This document shows positions 8,862 through 18,071 of a stretch of DNA of 45,458 nt, one piece after another. Position numbers and translations under genes: made by a program. Numbering within the stretch: the first letter of the stretch is position 1; each line of letters begins with the position of its first letter. Source of the stretch: Clostridia bacterium (GTDB lineage Bacteria > Bacillota > Clostridia > UMGS1840); NCBI GenBank assembly GCA_045580405.1, contig JAZNNT010000004.1, forward strand, positions 1 through 45,458, written 5' to 3'. The notes beneath the pieces were generated by a model, which worked only from the letters and a program-made list of their open reading frames with translations, made no database searches and was not told the origin of the DNA.

Positions 8862-9570
8862 ATGGTCAAACATCAAACACAAAAAAGGAAAAACTGATGC
8901 TCAAAAAGCAAAGGTTTACACAAAAATCGGCAGAGAAATTGCCGTTGTGGTAAAAGCAGGCGGTCCTGACCCCACGGTAAACGGAAAACTCCGTGATCTT
9001 ATCGCCAAAGCAAGAGCCAACAATATGCCCTCTGAAAACGTGCAGAGATGCATTAAAAAGGCAGCAGGCGGTGAAGATACCTCCAACTACGAAAGCATCA
9101 CCTACGAAGGCTACGGGCCTGCAGGCGTAGCGGTGATTGTGGAAACCTTAACCGATAACAGAAACCGTACTGCAGCAGATGTGCGTCACGCCTTTGATAA
9201 ATGCGGCGGCAACATGGGTGCAACCGGTTGTGTAAGCTGGTCTTTCCAGGAAAAAGGCATTATCGTGATCGAAAAAGAAGACTCTATGGATGATGACGAA
9301 ATGACCATGGAAGCCCTGGAGCTGGATGCAGAAGATATCGAAGTGATGGAAGAAGCATACGAAATTACCACCTCTCCCGAAAACTTCTCCCAAATTCGTG
9401 AAGCTTACGAACAAAAAGGCTACAATATTTTAGAAGCTGATGTTTCCAAAATTCCTGATAACTACACCACGTTAACCGACGAAGATCACATCAAAAACAT
9501 GAATAAACTGATTGATATGTTGGAAGACAACGATGATGTGCAGAATATTTATCATTCATGGGACGAGTAA
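8845..9570 (+). CDS. yebC: YebC/PmpR-family DNA-binding transcriptional regulator
   Basis: The N-terminus [32 protein letters not shown] is diagnostic. Overlaps the upstream gene by 17 nt, and the AAGGAG RBS lies inside it. Confidence 0.92.
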   Translation: [241 protein letters not shown]

Positions 9571-9583
9571 AAACTTAAAAAAT

Positions 9584-9679
9584 GCTCGAGAAGGAATGAA
9601 CCTCATCACTCGGCGTACCTTTGTACGCCGTCGGATACCCCCTTCGGGGTTCGGTTTCTCCCTTCTCGGGCATTTTTTT
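9584..9679 (+). repeat. Branched-hairpin intergenic repeat (copy after yebC) with a terminal T-tract
   Basis: Outer stem 9584-9602 / 9653-9671. Inner hairpins CGGCGTAC-cttt-GTACGCCG (9611-9630) and ACCCC-cttc-GGGGT (9637-9650). T7 at 9673-9679. Confidence 0.7.
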
Positions 9680-9715
9680 GCGTTTTGGGAACTTGATAAA
9701 AGGATTCATATCACA

Positions 9716-9751
9716 AAAAGGCAATGGATAATCCATTGCTATTTTATTTTT
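9716..9751 (+). terminator. Rho-independent terminator
   Basis: GCAATGGA-taa-TCCATTGC (9721-9739), followed by TATTTTATTTTT. Confidence 0.7.
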
Positions 9752-9827
9752 AAAAAAATCATAAAAATAAAGAATCGGCAAATACTAAAAATATTAAAAA
9801 AACAACCATCAAAAAAGGAAGGATGCT

Positions 9828-11762
9828 ATGCGTCATCGGGAAGACCGTGTGTCAGAATTATTAAGTCAAAAGTTCCCTACCAAAACGGCTGTTGCTGCCG
9901 AAATTATCAATTTAAACGCCATTTTGGGACTTCCCAAAGGTACCGAACATTTTTTAAGTGATTTACACGGGGAAGATGAGGCGTTTTGTCAGCTTTTAAA
10001 AAATGCATCGGGAGAAATCCGATTAAAAATGACAGATATTTTTTCGGGGATTCTTTCCGAACATGAGCAGGAGCAACTTGCTTTTTTGATTTATCATCCC
10101 AAAAAAGTGTTGGCAGAGAAATCAAAAAAATCCCCCGGGTATTATCGGGAAATTTTATCGCGTCTGATTATTTTGTGTCGTGCTGTAGCGGAAAAGTACA
10201 CTCGTTCCAAGGTGCGAAAAGCACTTCCTGCCGATTTTTCCTATATCATTGAGGAGCTTTTGCATCACATTCCCAACACACCCGATCGGGAAAAATATCA
10301 CAGAAGCATCATAGATGCTATTATTGAAGAAGGGCAGGCAGAGACATTTATTTGTGAACTTTGCGCATTAATCAGCCGTCTTGCCGTGGATCATTTGCAT
10401 ATTTTAGGTGATATTTTTGACCGGGGTGATGGGGCACACCGTATCTTAGATTTGCTGGAGAGCTATCACAGTGTGGACCTGTGCTGGGGAAATCACGATA
10501 TTCTCTGGATGGGTGCAAATTTAGGAAATCCGTTGTCTGTGGCGTCAGCAGTGCGGATTACTCTTCGTTATAATCATGCTAAATTGCTGGAACAAGGATA
10601 CGGTATTCCTTTGCGGAATTTATTTTCGCTGGCAGATAAGCTTTATCCAAGAAATTGTGACTGTTTTCTGCCGAAAGGGGATTCTGCAACCGACAGTCCT
10701 TCTGTGGCACGAGCTCATAAGGCAATTACGGTGATTTTGTGGAAACTGGAGGAAGCCTTTGTGAGCGAACATCCTCTCTATGAAATGGGGGATACCTGCA
10801 CCTTAGGAAAAATTGACTGGGAAACAAAAACCGTCTTGGTAAACGGAATTTCCTATCCTCTTACCGACACCGATTTTCCCACCGTTGACCCAAAAAATCC
10901 GTCTTGTCTGACGTTAGAGGAAGCATGTGTTTTAAAGGAGTTGTGCCAGAGCTTTGCTCACTCGGAAAAACTGTCCCGTCATGTTCGTTTTTTGCTGGAC
11001 AAGGGGGGAATGTATCAGGTGATGAACGGAAATCTTTTATATCATGGGTGTATTCCCTTAACCGGGGACGGTTCTTTTGCCTCTTTTTTGGGGTACCGGG
11101 GCAGGGCGCTGATGGACTATTGCGACAAAACAGTCCGCAAGGCATATTTTTTGGAACAAACACATCCCGAAAAACAAAACTGTATCGACTTTTTCTGGTA
11201 TTTATGGGCAGGAAAATATTCCCCCTTATTCGGAAAAAACGAGTTAAAAACCCTGCCTCGTTACCTGGTGGCAGACAGGACCGCCCATCGGGAAGAAAAA
11301 AATCCCTATTATTCTCTGATTGAGGGAAAAGACGGTAACAACATTGCACGGGCGATACTATCCGATTTTTCTCTTTATGAGGATACCTGCCGAATTGTAA
11401 ACGGTCATGTTCCTGTGCGGCAAAACCGGGGAGAATGTCCGCAAAAGGCAGGCGGCATCCTTTATATGATAGACGGAGGCTTAAGCGCTGCTTATCATCA
11501 AAAAACAGGTATCGGCGGGTACACCCTTCTTTATAATTCCCACGGTTTTTTCTTAACGGCACATGAGCCTTTTTCCAAACAAGATCCCAACAAAAACCGT
11601 TCTTATCGGGTGATTGGCGAAAAACGAAAGCAACGTATCCGTGTGGCAGATACCGACACAGGCCTTCTGTTGCGCCAACGAATCCGTGAGCTTCGCCGCC
11701 TGATGTGCAAATACCGTGAGGGTTTTCCAAAAAAAGGAAACCAAACCGAAAAAAAAGGCTGA
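9828..11762 (+). CDS. fbp: Fructose-1,6-bisphosphatase, class 3
   Basis: 644 aa. LPKGTEHFLSDLHGEDEAF, HILGDIFDRGD and WGNHDILWMG (metallophosphoesterase motifs) in the length and order typical of Firmicutes class 3 FBPase. Confidence 0.9.
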   Translation: MRHREDRVSELLSQKFPTKTAVAAEIINLNAILGLPKGTEHFLSDLHGEDEAFCQLLKNASGEIRLKMTDIFSGILSEHEQEQLAFLIYHPKKVLAEKSKKSPGYYREILSRLIILCRAVAEKYTRSKVRKALPADFSYIIEELLHHIPNTPDREKYHRSIIDAIIEEGQAETFICELCALISRLAVDHLHILGDIFDRGDGAHRILDLLESYHSVDLCWGNHDILWMGANLGNPLSVASAVRITLRYNHAKLLEQGYGIPLRNLFSLADKLYPRNCDCFLPKGDSATDSPSVARAHKAITVILWKLEEAFVSEHPLYEMGDTCTLGKIDWETKTVLVNGISYPLTDTDFPTVDPKNPSCLTLEEACVLKELCQSFAHSEKLSRHVRFLLDKGGMYQVMNGNLLYHGCIPLTGDGSFASFLGYRGRALMDYCDKTVRKAYFLEQTHPEKQNCIDFFWYLWAGKYSPLFGKNELKTLPRYLVADRTAHREEKNPYYSLIEGKDGNNIARAILSDFSLYEDTCRIVNGHVPVRQNRGECPQKAGGILYMIDGGLSAAYHQKTGIGGYTLLYNSHGFFLTAHEPFSKQDPNKNRSYRVIGEKRKQRIRVADTDTGLLLRQRIRELRRLMCKYREGFPKKGNQTEKKG

Positions 11763-11778
11763 GACCACGGTCTCAGCC
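11757..11778 (-). terminator. Hairpin terminator for nadC (overlaps the fbp stop codon)
   Basis: GGCTGAGACC (11757-11766) / GGTCTCAGCC (11769-11778). The T-run is present only on the minus-strand reading (the A-run at 11749-11756 on +). Confidence 0.6.
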
Positions 11779-11794
11779 TGAACCATACAGGTTA

Positions 11795-12658
11795 TTACAC
11801 AGCGTGCAGATTTTTTAAAGAAAGGTCCAAAATCGGAGCAGAATGGGTCAGCGCACCGCTGGAGATGTAATCAACGCCCAGATCGGTCAGGGCGGCAATG
11901 TTTTCTTTGGTCACATTTCCCGAAACCTCAACCGCTGCTCTGCCGTTGATATAGGAAATTGCCTGCTTGATTTCCTCGTGGGACATATTGTCCAGCATAA
12001 TAATATCAGCTTTGGCTTCCACCGCTTCCTTCACCATATCCAGCGTTTCGGTTTCCACTTCAATTTTGCGTACAAAGGGTGCGTAGGCTTTTGCCAGGGC
12101 AACGGCTTGCTTCACACCGCCTGCCGCACCGATATGATTATCTTTTAATAAAACTCCGTCGGAAAGATTATACCGATGGTTACTTCCGCCGCCTGTTTTC
12201 ACGGCATATTTTTCAAAAATACGGTTGTTGGGCGTGGTTTTTCTGGTGTCCAGTAACACTGTTTTGGTGCCGCTAAGCAGAGAAGCAACTCCATGGGTAT
12301 AGGTTGCGATACCGCTCATTCGCTGCAAATAATTCAGTGCAGTCCGTTCGCCGGACAGCAGAATGCGGATATCTCCCCGAACGGTTGCAATCAATTCTCC
12401 TTTTTTCACGGTATTGCCGTCATGGGTATAAAAAGTTACCTTGGTTTCGGCATCCAGTAAGGTGAACACCCGTTCAAAAACCTGCAGACCGCAGATAATG
12501 CCGTCTTCCTTACAAATAAGCTGCACTTCACCCAATTGTGCTGTTTTCATCACCGCATTGGTGGAAACGTCTTCGCTGGAAATATCCTCTTGTAATGCCA
12601 AAAGAATTAAGGGGTCGACCTGCAAGGTCAGGGTGGTTTTATCAAACATGGAAATCAT
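11795..12658 (-). CDS. nadC: Nicotinate-nucleotide pyrophosphorylase (carboxylating)
   Basis: LLSGERTALNYLQRMSGIAT, LDTRKTTP and LLKDNHI motifs. An alternative start at MFDK (12649) has better GGAG spacing. Confidence 0.9.
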   Translation of the reverse strand: MISMFDKTTLTLQVDPLILLALQEDISSEDVSTNAVMKTAQLGEVQLICKEDGIICGLQVFERVFTLLDAETKVTFYTHDGNTVKKGELIATVRGDIRILLSGERTALNYLQRMSGIATYTHGVASLLSGTKTVLLDTRKTTPNNRIFEKYAVKTGGGSNHRYNLSDGVLLKDNHIGAAGGVKQAVALAKAYAPFVRKIEVETETLDMVKEAVEAKADIIMLDNMSHEEIKQAISYINGRAAVEVSGNVTKENIAALTDLGVDYISSGALTHSAPILDLSLKNLHAV

Positions 12659-13940
12659 CTCCTTTTTCTACGGTAGCGTTTTTAATTTCTGTTAGTACCA
12701 GGTTGCGGTATTGCTCTTTGAGTGCCTCTAAATCTGTGTAGGGAGTCAGGTCCACAGGGGGAAGCTCTTCCCGCATGCGGGGATTTTCTGCCATATCCTG
12801 TGCAGCACGCTTGGCAAATACCAAGCTTTCCAGCAGGGAATTACTTGCCAGCCTGTTTTTGCCGTGAACACCGTTGCAGGCGGTTTCTCCGATGGCATAC
12901 AGCCCCTCCATGGAGGTTTTACTGTTGTAATCCACACGGATTCCTCCCATAAAGTAGTGTTGAGCAGGCACCACGGGGATACATTCTTTCGTCACATCAT
13001 ATGCCTTTTCTTTGCAATGATTCACAATGTTGGGAAAATGCTCCAAAAGCTCCTCTTTGGGAATGGGACGCAAATCTTCCCACACATAGTTGGTTTGATC
13101 TTGCTCCATCTGGCGGTGAATTTCCCGGGTTAACAAGTCTCTGGGTAAAAGCTCATCGGTAAACCGATTCATCTGCTTGTTATAGAGCTTTGCACCTTCT
13201 CCCCGCACTGACTCGGAAATTAAGAAGCTGCGGTCTGCAGGTTCCTCAGAATACAGCGTTGTGGGATGAATTTGAATGTAATCAATATTTTTTAAGGGGA
13301 TCTGATGCTTAATTGCAATGGCAATTGCATCACCCGTTAAGTGTTTGAAATTGGTGGAATGGTGATACAACCCTCCGATTCCGCCGCAGGCAAGCACGGT
13401 ATAACCTGCGCTGACGGTAATAAGCTTACCGTCCTCCGATAACATCACAGCCCCCACACATTCTCCGTTTTTCTCCACAATGTCTAAAAGAGTGGTGTTT
13501 TCCATAATGGTAATATTGCTTCGTTTTTTGACTTCCAAAAGCAATTTGGACGTAATTTCCTGACCGGTAATATCCCGATGAAACAAAATACGCGGGCAGG
13601 AGTGAGCACCTTCACGGGTATACTGAAAGGATCCGTCTTCCTCGGTGGCAAACTGCACGCCGTAGGACACCAGCTCCGAGATAACCTCCCGGGAGGAACG
13701 AATCATAATGGAAACGCTTTCCCGGTCGTTTTCATAGTGACCGGCTTTTAAGGTATCCTTAAAAAAGGCGTCAAAATCCTTTTCGTCCCGCAGGACGCAG
13801 ATTCCACCCTGTGCCAGATAGGAATCGCTTTCTTCAGCTTTTTGCTTGGTGATGACGGTGATATGAAGTTTTTTTGGCAGATTCAGAGCGCAGTAAAGCC
13901 CCGAGCATCCGCTTCCGACAATCAGAATATCTGTATTCAT
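12642..13940 (-). CDS. nadB: L-aspartate oxidase
   Basis: FAD fold DILIVGSGCSGLYCAL, plus AQGGI and GLYAIGETACNGVHGKNRLASNSLLE. Overlaps nadC. Confidence 0.9.
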   Translation of the reverse strand: MNTDILIVGSGCSGLYCALNLPKKLHITVITKQKAEESDSYLAQGGICVLRDEKDFDAFFKDTLKAGHYENDRESVSIMIRSSREVISELVSYGVQFATEEDGSFQYTREGAHSCPRILFHRDITGQEITSKLLLEVKKRSNITIMENTTLLDIVEKNGECVGAVMLSEDGKLITVSAGYTVLACGGIGGLYHHSTNFKHLTGDAIAIAIKHQIPLKNIDYIQIHPTTLYSEEPADRSFLISESVRGEGAKLYNKQMNRFTDELLPRDLLTREIHRQMEQDQTNYVWEDLRPIPKEELLEHFPNIVNHCKEKAYDVTKECIPVVPAQHYFMGGIRVDYNSKTSMEGLYAIGETACNGVHGKNRLASNSLLESLVFAKRAAQDMAENPRMREELPPVDLTPYTDLEALKEQYRNLVLTEIKNATVEKGDDFHV

Positions 13941-13981
13941 GCTGCCTCCGTTTATTTGCCGTTTTTTGGTGAATTACCCAA

Positions 13982-14010
13982 ATTATACCATAAAATTCCT
14001 CATATTGCAA
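13982..14010 (-). promoter_or_regulatory. Sigma-70-type promoter for nadBC
   Basis: Read on the minus strand: TTGCAA (14010-14005), 17 nt, TGgTATAAT (-10 at 13987-13982). Confidence 0.6.
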
Positions 14011-14040
14011 GACGGTCGGTAATTTTTATGTCAACTTTTA

Positions 14041-14069
14041 TTGACTTTTTTTAAAAAAACGGCTATAAT
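14041..14069 (+). promoter_or_regulatory. Sigma-70-type promoter for nadA
   Basis: TTGACT (14041-14046), 17 nt, TATAAT (14064-14069). The inverted repeat GTCAA(14030-14034)-N6-TTGAC(14041-14045) overlaps the -35. Confidence 0.6.
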
Positions 14070-14091
14070 GAGACATTATGGAGGAATAACT

Positions 14092-15003
14092 ATGTTTTCG
14101 ATATCCCAACTTCAAAATGAAATTATCCGCCTAAAGCAGGAACATGATGTTTGTATTCTGGCCCATCTGTATCAGACTCGTGATATTTTAGAGGTGGCAG
14201 ACTATGTGGGGGATTCCTTTGCACTAAGCCGCAAAGCGGAAAGCACGCCGGAGAAAACCGTGATCATGTGCGGTGTTCGGTTTATGGCAGAAACCGTGAA
14301 GATTCTGTCTCCCCAAAAAAAGGTGATTCTCTCTCATCCGGATGCAGGCTGCCCCATGGCGGAGCAGCTCACCTGCGAGGAATTAAAAGCACTCAAAGCA
14401 CAGTACCCCAACAGTGCAGTTGTGGCGTATATTAACACCACCTCTGCGTTAAAAACCGAGTGTGATGCTTGCGTTACCTCTGCTTCTGCTTTGGACATTA
14501 TAAAAAAATTGCCGCAAAAAGAAATTCTGTTTATTCCGGACTGTAACTTAGGGCAATGGATTAAGCAGCAGGTTCCCGAAAAAACCTTCCGCTTTATCAA
14601 AGGAGGCTGCCCCGTTCATATGCAGATGACACCCACTCATGTGGCAGAGGCAAAGAAAAGCCATCCCTCTGCTTTGTTGCTGGTTCATCCCGAATGTGTG
14701 CCGGAGGTTACTGCCTTGGCGGATTACGTTGGCAGCACCACGGAAATTTTAAACTATGTGCAGCAAAATGAAGCCAACGAATTTATCATCGGAACCGACA
14801 ATTCTATCGTGCAGCATCTGAAATTTTCTTATCCTGACAAAGCATTCTATCCGTTGATGAAGCAATGCATTTGCGCCGATATGCGCCTGACCACCTTAAA
14901 AGATGTCTACGATTGCGTCAGAGGAAAGGGCGGCGAGGAAATCTTATTGCCTCCCGATGTGATGCAGAAAGCCCGCAGCTGCATTGATACCATGCTTCAA
15001 TAA
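14092..15003 (+). CDS. nadA: Quinolinate synthase
   Basis: The protein (MFSISQLQNEI...ILAHLYQ...FMAETVKIL...GCPMA) matches the NadA layout. GGAGG lies 7 nt before ATG 14092. The ORF-track TTG start at 14041 is actually the -35 box. Confidence 0.9.
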   Translation: MFSISQLQNEIIRLKQEHDVCILAHLYQTRDILEVADYVGDSFALSRKAESTPEKTVIMCGVRFMAETVKILSPQKKVILSHPDAGCPMAEQLTCEELKALKAQYPNSAVVAYINTTSALKTECDACVTSASALDIIKKLPQKEILFIPDCNLGQWIKQQVPEKTFRFIKGGCPVHMQMTPTHVAEAKKSHPSALLLVHPECVPEVTALADYVGSTTEILNYVQQNEANEFIIGTDNSIVQHLKFSYPDKAFYPLMKQCICADMRLTTLKDVYDCVRGKGGEEILLPPDVMQKARSCIDTMLQ

Positions 15004-15135
15004 CTTTTTTGAAATTTTTTCCATTCATCCGAAAAACAGTATATTATCCGAAAAAACGCCATATACTAAAGTTGAAAAAACATTAGAAGCCGACAATCCT
15101 AAAAACCGTCGGCAAAAATTCAGGAGGCGTATAAT

Positions 15136-15345
15136 ATGCTGTTAGATACTATTTCTTTGATACTGGTGATTGTGGGTGCTTTAAACTGGGGCGCCATTGG
15201 TCTCTTTGGTGTAGACCTGGTTTCTTCTCTCTTTGGTGTAGGCACCATCCTCACCCGCATCATTTTCTCCTTGGTGGGTATTGCCGGTCTTTGGGCAATC
15301 ACAATCCTATTCAAGGATAAGGTCCCCATGGACACCCGTGACTAA
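15136..15345 (+). CDS. DUF378-family small membrane protein (69 aa)
   Basis: ILVIVGALNWGAIGLFGVDLVSSLFG is the typical DUF378 signature. AGGAGG RBS. Confidence 0.8.
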   Translation: MLLDTISLILVIVGALNWGAIGLFGVDLVSSLFGVGTILTRIIFSLVGIAGLWAITILFKDKVPMDTRD

Positions 15346-15360
15346 TGAAAAACGGTAAAA

Positions 15361-15458
15361 ACGGGCACAGAAGGAATCAACCTCATCACTCGCCGTACAC
15401 TCGGTACGGCTTCGGATAACCCCTGCGGGTTCGGTTGCTCCCTTCTGCACCCGTTTTT
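15361..15458 (+). repeat. Branched-hairpin intergenic repeat (cleanest copy) ending in a T-tract
   Basis: Outer stem 15361-15382 / 15433-15454 (18 of 22 positions pair). Inner hairpins GCCGTAC-actcg-GTACGGC (15392-15410) and AACCC-ctgc-GGGTT (15418-15431). TTTTT at 15454-15458. Confidence 0.7.
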
Positions 15459-15640
15459 CCTCGCTTTGGGGTAGAGATATTTTAAAAAGTCATCGAAAGA
15501 CGAAATCAAAAACCGCCCTTATTTTCACAATAGAATGCAGTTGCAGGAAGACGGCAGTATGGGATTGCAAAAATACCAGGCGGTAGTTTCTTTTTGGTTC
15601 TTTTCTTTGACATCAAAGAAAAAGAACATAACAGAAAAAC

Positions 15641-15676
15641 AAAAAGGACTGTTCGTTTGAACAGTCCTTTTCTTTT
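15641..15676. terminator. Bidirectional hairpin terminator (serves rdgB on the minus strand)
   Basis: AAGGACTGTTC-gttt-GAACAGTCCTT, flanked by an A-run and a T-run. Confidence 0.75.
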
Positions 15677-15719
15677 AAATTGCAGATTGCGAGCGGTGAA
15701 GTTTGCGTTCTATATTCTT

Positions 15720-16307
15720 TTACAAGCCTTTACTTTTTAGTTGTTCTTTTAAATTGCGAATGGCGTTTCCTCGGTGACTTAAGCTGTTTTTTTCGGCGTC
15801 CGTCATTTCGGAAAAGGTTTTTCCTAAGCTTTCCACATAGAAAATGGGATCATAGCCAAAGCCGTTTTCGCCTCGCTTTTCGTCAATAATAACACCTTCG
15901 CATTCTCCCTCGGCAACTACAACATCATCCTCAGAGAAAACTGCCGCAATCACACTTTTAAATCTTGCAGTGCGGTTAGGCTCTTCCTTTAAATTGGCAA
16001 GAAGCTTATCCATATTGCGTTGATCGTCGGTTGGCTCGCCTGCGTAACGGGCAGAGTACACACCCGGTTCACCACCCAGTGCATCCACCATCAGACCCGA
16101 GTCGTCGGAAATGGTGGGAATTTTTGCAATGTGATAAATTTCTTTCGCTTTTAAGAGGGCGTTTTCCAAAAAGGTGGTACCTGTTTCTTCCACATCTGCG
16201 GTGATTCCCAGATCCCGAAGGGACACGCATTCAATTCCAAGCTCTCCCAAAATCTGGTTAAATTCTTTTAATTTGCCCTGATTATTGGTTGCAACCAAAA
16301 ACCTCAT
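15720..16307 (-). CDS. rdgB: Non-canonical purine NTP pyrophosphatase (XTP/dITP diphosphatase)
   Basis: MRFLVATNNQGKLKEF... and FGYDPIF... motifs of the Ham1/RdgB family. Confidence 0.9.
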   Translation of the reverse strand: MRFLVATNNQGKLKEFNQILGELGIECVSLRDLGITADVEETGTTFLENALLKAKEIYHIAKIPTISDDSGLMVDALGGEPGVYSARYAGEPTDDQRNMDKLLANLKEEPNRTARFKSVIAAVFSEDDVVVAEGECEGVIIDEKRGENGFGYDPIFYVESLGKTFSEMTDAEKNSLSHRGNAIRNLKEQLKSKGL

Positions 16308-16310
16308 CGT

Positions 16311-16787
16311 TTAGTCCTCCTTTTTCAGAAGACAAACCGCATACGCAGAAATTCCTTCCTCCCGACCCGGGAAGCCAAGACCTTCTGTGGTGGTTGCCTT
16401 AATACTGATATTTTTTACGTCGGTTTGTAATACATCGGCAATGTTTTTTCGCATGGCTTCAATGTGGGGAGAAAGCTTCGGACGTTGAGCACAAATGGTG
16501 CAGTCCAAATTACCTAAGATATAGCCTTCTTTTTGGATGAGCTTTCGCACCGTTTCCAACAGCAGCATGCTGTTGATATCTTTGTAGCTTTGGTCTGTAT
16601 CGGGGAAATGCTTTCCGATATCACCCAAAGCCAATGCGCCAAGCATGGCATCCATGATGCTGTGCACCAGCACATCGGCATCCGAATGTCCCAACAGTCC
16701 CTTTTCGTGAGGAATTTCCATGCCGCCTAAGATGAGCTTTCGTCCGGTCACAAGTTTATGTACATCATAGCCAAATCCGATTCGCAT
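16311..16787 (-). CDS. ispF: 2-C-methyl-D-erythritol 2,4-cyclodiphosphate synthase
   Basis: [12 protein letters not shown]...[19 protein letters not shown]. Confidence 0.93.
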   Translation of the reverse strand: MRIGFGYDVHKLVTGRKLILGGMEIPHEKGLLGHSDADVLVHSIMDAMLGALALGDIGKHFPDTDQSYKDINSMLLLETVRKLIQKEGYILGNLDCTICAQRPKLSPHIEAMRKNIADVLQTDVKNISIKATTTEGLGFPGREEGISAYAVCLLKKED

Positions 16788-16804
16788 CCTCTTCGGTCTC
16801 CTTT

Positions 16805-17536
16805 TTATTCTTCGTCAAATTCTGCATCAATTAAGGCGGTAAGCATCAAAAGGTCTTCTCTTGTGGTCAGTTTGATATTGGCGTAGCTTCCTTCGGTGAT
16901 ATGAACCTTCACTCCCAACTTTTCCACAAGGGCACAGTCATCGGTAACCGAAGAATCAAAATTCTCATATGCTTTTTGAATAAGTTCTGCCTGAAAACAC
17001 TGGGGAGTCTGAATCTCTACCAGCTCTTCTCTGTCCACGGTTTCTTCGATAAAGCCGTTTTTATTCACCCGTTTGATGGTGTTTTTCGGTTTTACCCCCA
17101 AAGCAGAGGCACCGTATTCTTTGGCGTTTCTGATGCATTCTTCTACCAAAGCTTCGCTGACGCAGGGGCGCACCCCGTCATGAATTAAAATAATTTCGGC
17201 ATCATGGGGGACTTGGGCCAATCCTTTTGCCACGGACTCTGTCCGGTTTTTTCCGCCTGCCACAATGGTTGCCACCTTTTCCAGATCGGAGGCAGCCACA
17301 ATATCCTTGGCAGTTATCATATCTTCTTCAGAAACCACCAACACGATTTCTTTTACCAAATCGCTTTTTTCAATGGCTTCCAAGGTGTGCGAAAGCACGG
17401 GCATCCCAAGCAGGGGTAAAAACTGTTTTTTCATTTCACTCTGCATCCGGGAGCCTTTTCCTGCTGCTACCACAATGGCGCAACATCGGGGGTCAGGGTC
17501 ATCCGGAGCAAAGAAGCTTTTAATTCCTTCCAGCAT
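16805..17536 (-). CDS. ispD: 2-C-methyl-D-erythritol 4-phosphate cytidylyltransferase
   Basis: [12 protein letters not shown]...KQFL...IHDGVRP motifs. Lies upstream of ispF. Confidence 0.9.
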   Translation of the reverse strand: MLEGIKSFFAPDDPDPRCCAIVVAAGKGSRMQSEMKKQFLPLLGMPVLSHTLEAIEKSDLVKEIVLVVSEEDMITAKDIVAASDLEKVATIVAGGKNRTESVAKGLAQVPHDAEIILIHDGVRPCVSEALVEECIRNAKEYGASALGVKPKNTIKRVNKNGFIEETVDREELVEIQTPQCFQAELIQKAYENFDSSVTDDCALVEKLGVKVHITEGSYANIKLTTREDLLMLTALIDAEFDEE

Positions 17537-17579
17537 AGTTGTTTCCCTCGTTTTTTATATGATTTATATTATGATTTAT

Positions 17580-18071
17580 TTATGCAGTCACAGTGTTGCC
17601 AAGACGGTTTTCAATCAGTTCTTCTGCCTCAGACAGGGAGATATCCAAAGAAAGCATAATCTCCGAAACCAAAATCTGATGTGCCGATAAAAACATTTTC
17701 TTTTCACCCGAAGAGAGTCCTTTTTCTCGGTCTTTCTTTAAAAGATACTGATAAATCGGGCCGATTTCAAATAAGTTTCCGGATTTGATTTTGGTCATAT
17801 TTTCCCGGTAACGTTTATTCCAGTTCTCGTTCACCTGAAGTTCGGCTTTTGCAATAAAGGCGAAAAGCTCGTCAATCACCGACGGCTCCACCACGCCTCT
17901 TACACCGATTTCTCCTGCGTTTTTAACGGGTACCATCAGAGAAATATTTCCCGTGGGCACCTCCAAGATATAGTAAGCATTAACGCTTCCCAAAATTTCT
18001 TTTTCTTCAATTGCGCTGATGACACCTGCACCGTGCATCGGATAGACAATTTTGTCGCCAATTTGGTACAT
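17580..18071 (-). CDS. carD: CarD-family transcriptional regulator
   Basis: MYQIGDKIVYPMHGAGVISAIEEKEILG is typical of CarD/CdnL. AGGAGG lies 8 nt before ATG 18071. The ORF track extends to 18098. Confidence 0.88.
   Translation of the reverse strand: MYQIGDKIVYPMHGAGVISAIEEKEILGSVNAYYILEVPTGNISLMVPVKNAGEIGVRGVVEPSVIDELFAFIAKAELQVNENWNKRYRENMTKIKSGNLFEIGPIYQYLLKKDREKGLSSGEKKMFLSAHQILVSEIMLSLDISLSEAEELIENRLGNTVTA

Noticed and set aside
10861-11730. 289-aa ORF antisense to fbp
   Set aside because: It lies entirely within, and antisense to, a well-supported conserved gene. It is Arg/Pro/Gly-rich, as expected for the reverse frame, and has no RBS. It is a long shadow ORF, not a gene.
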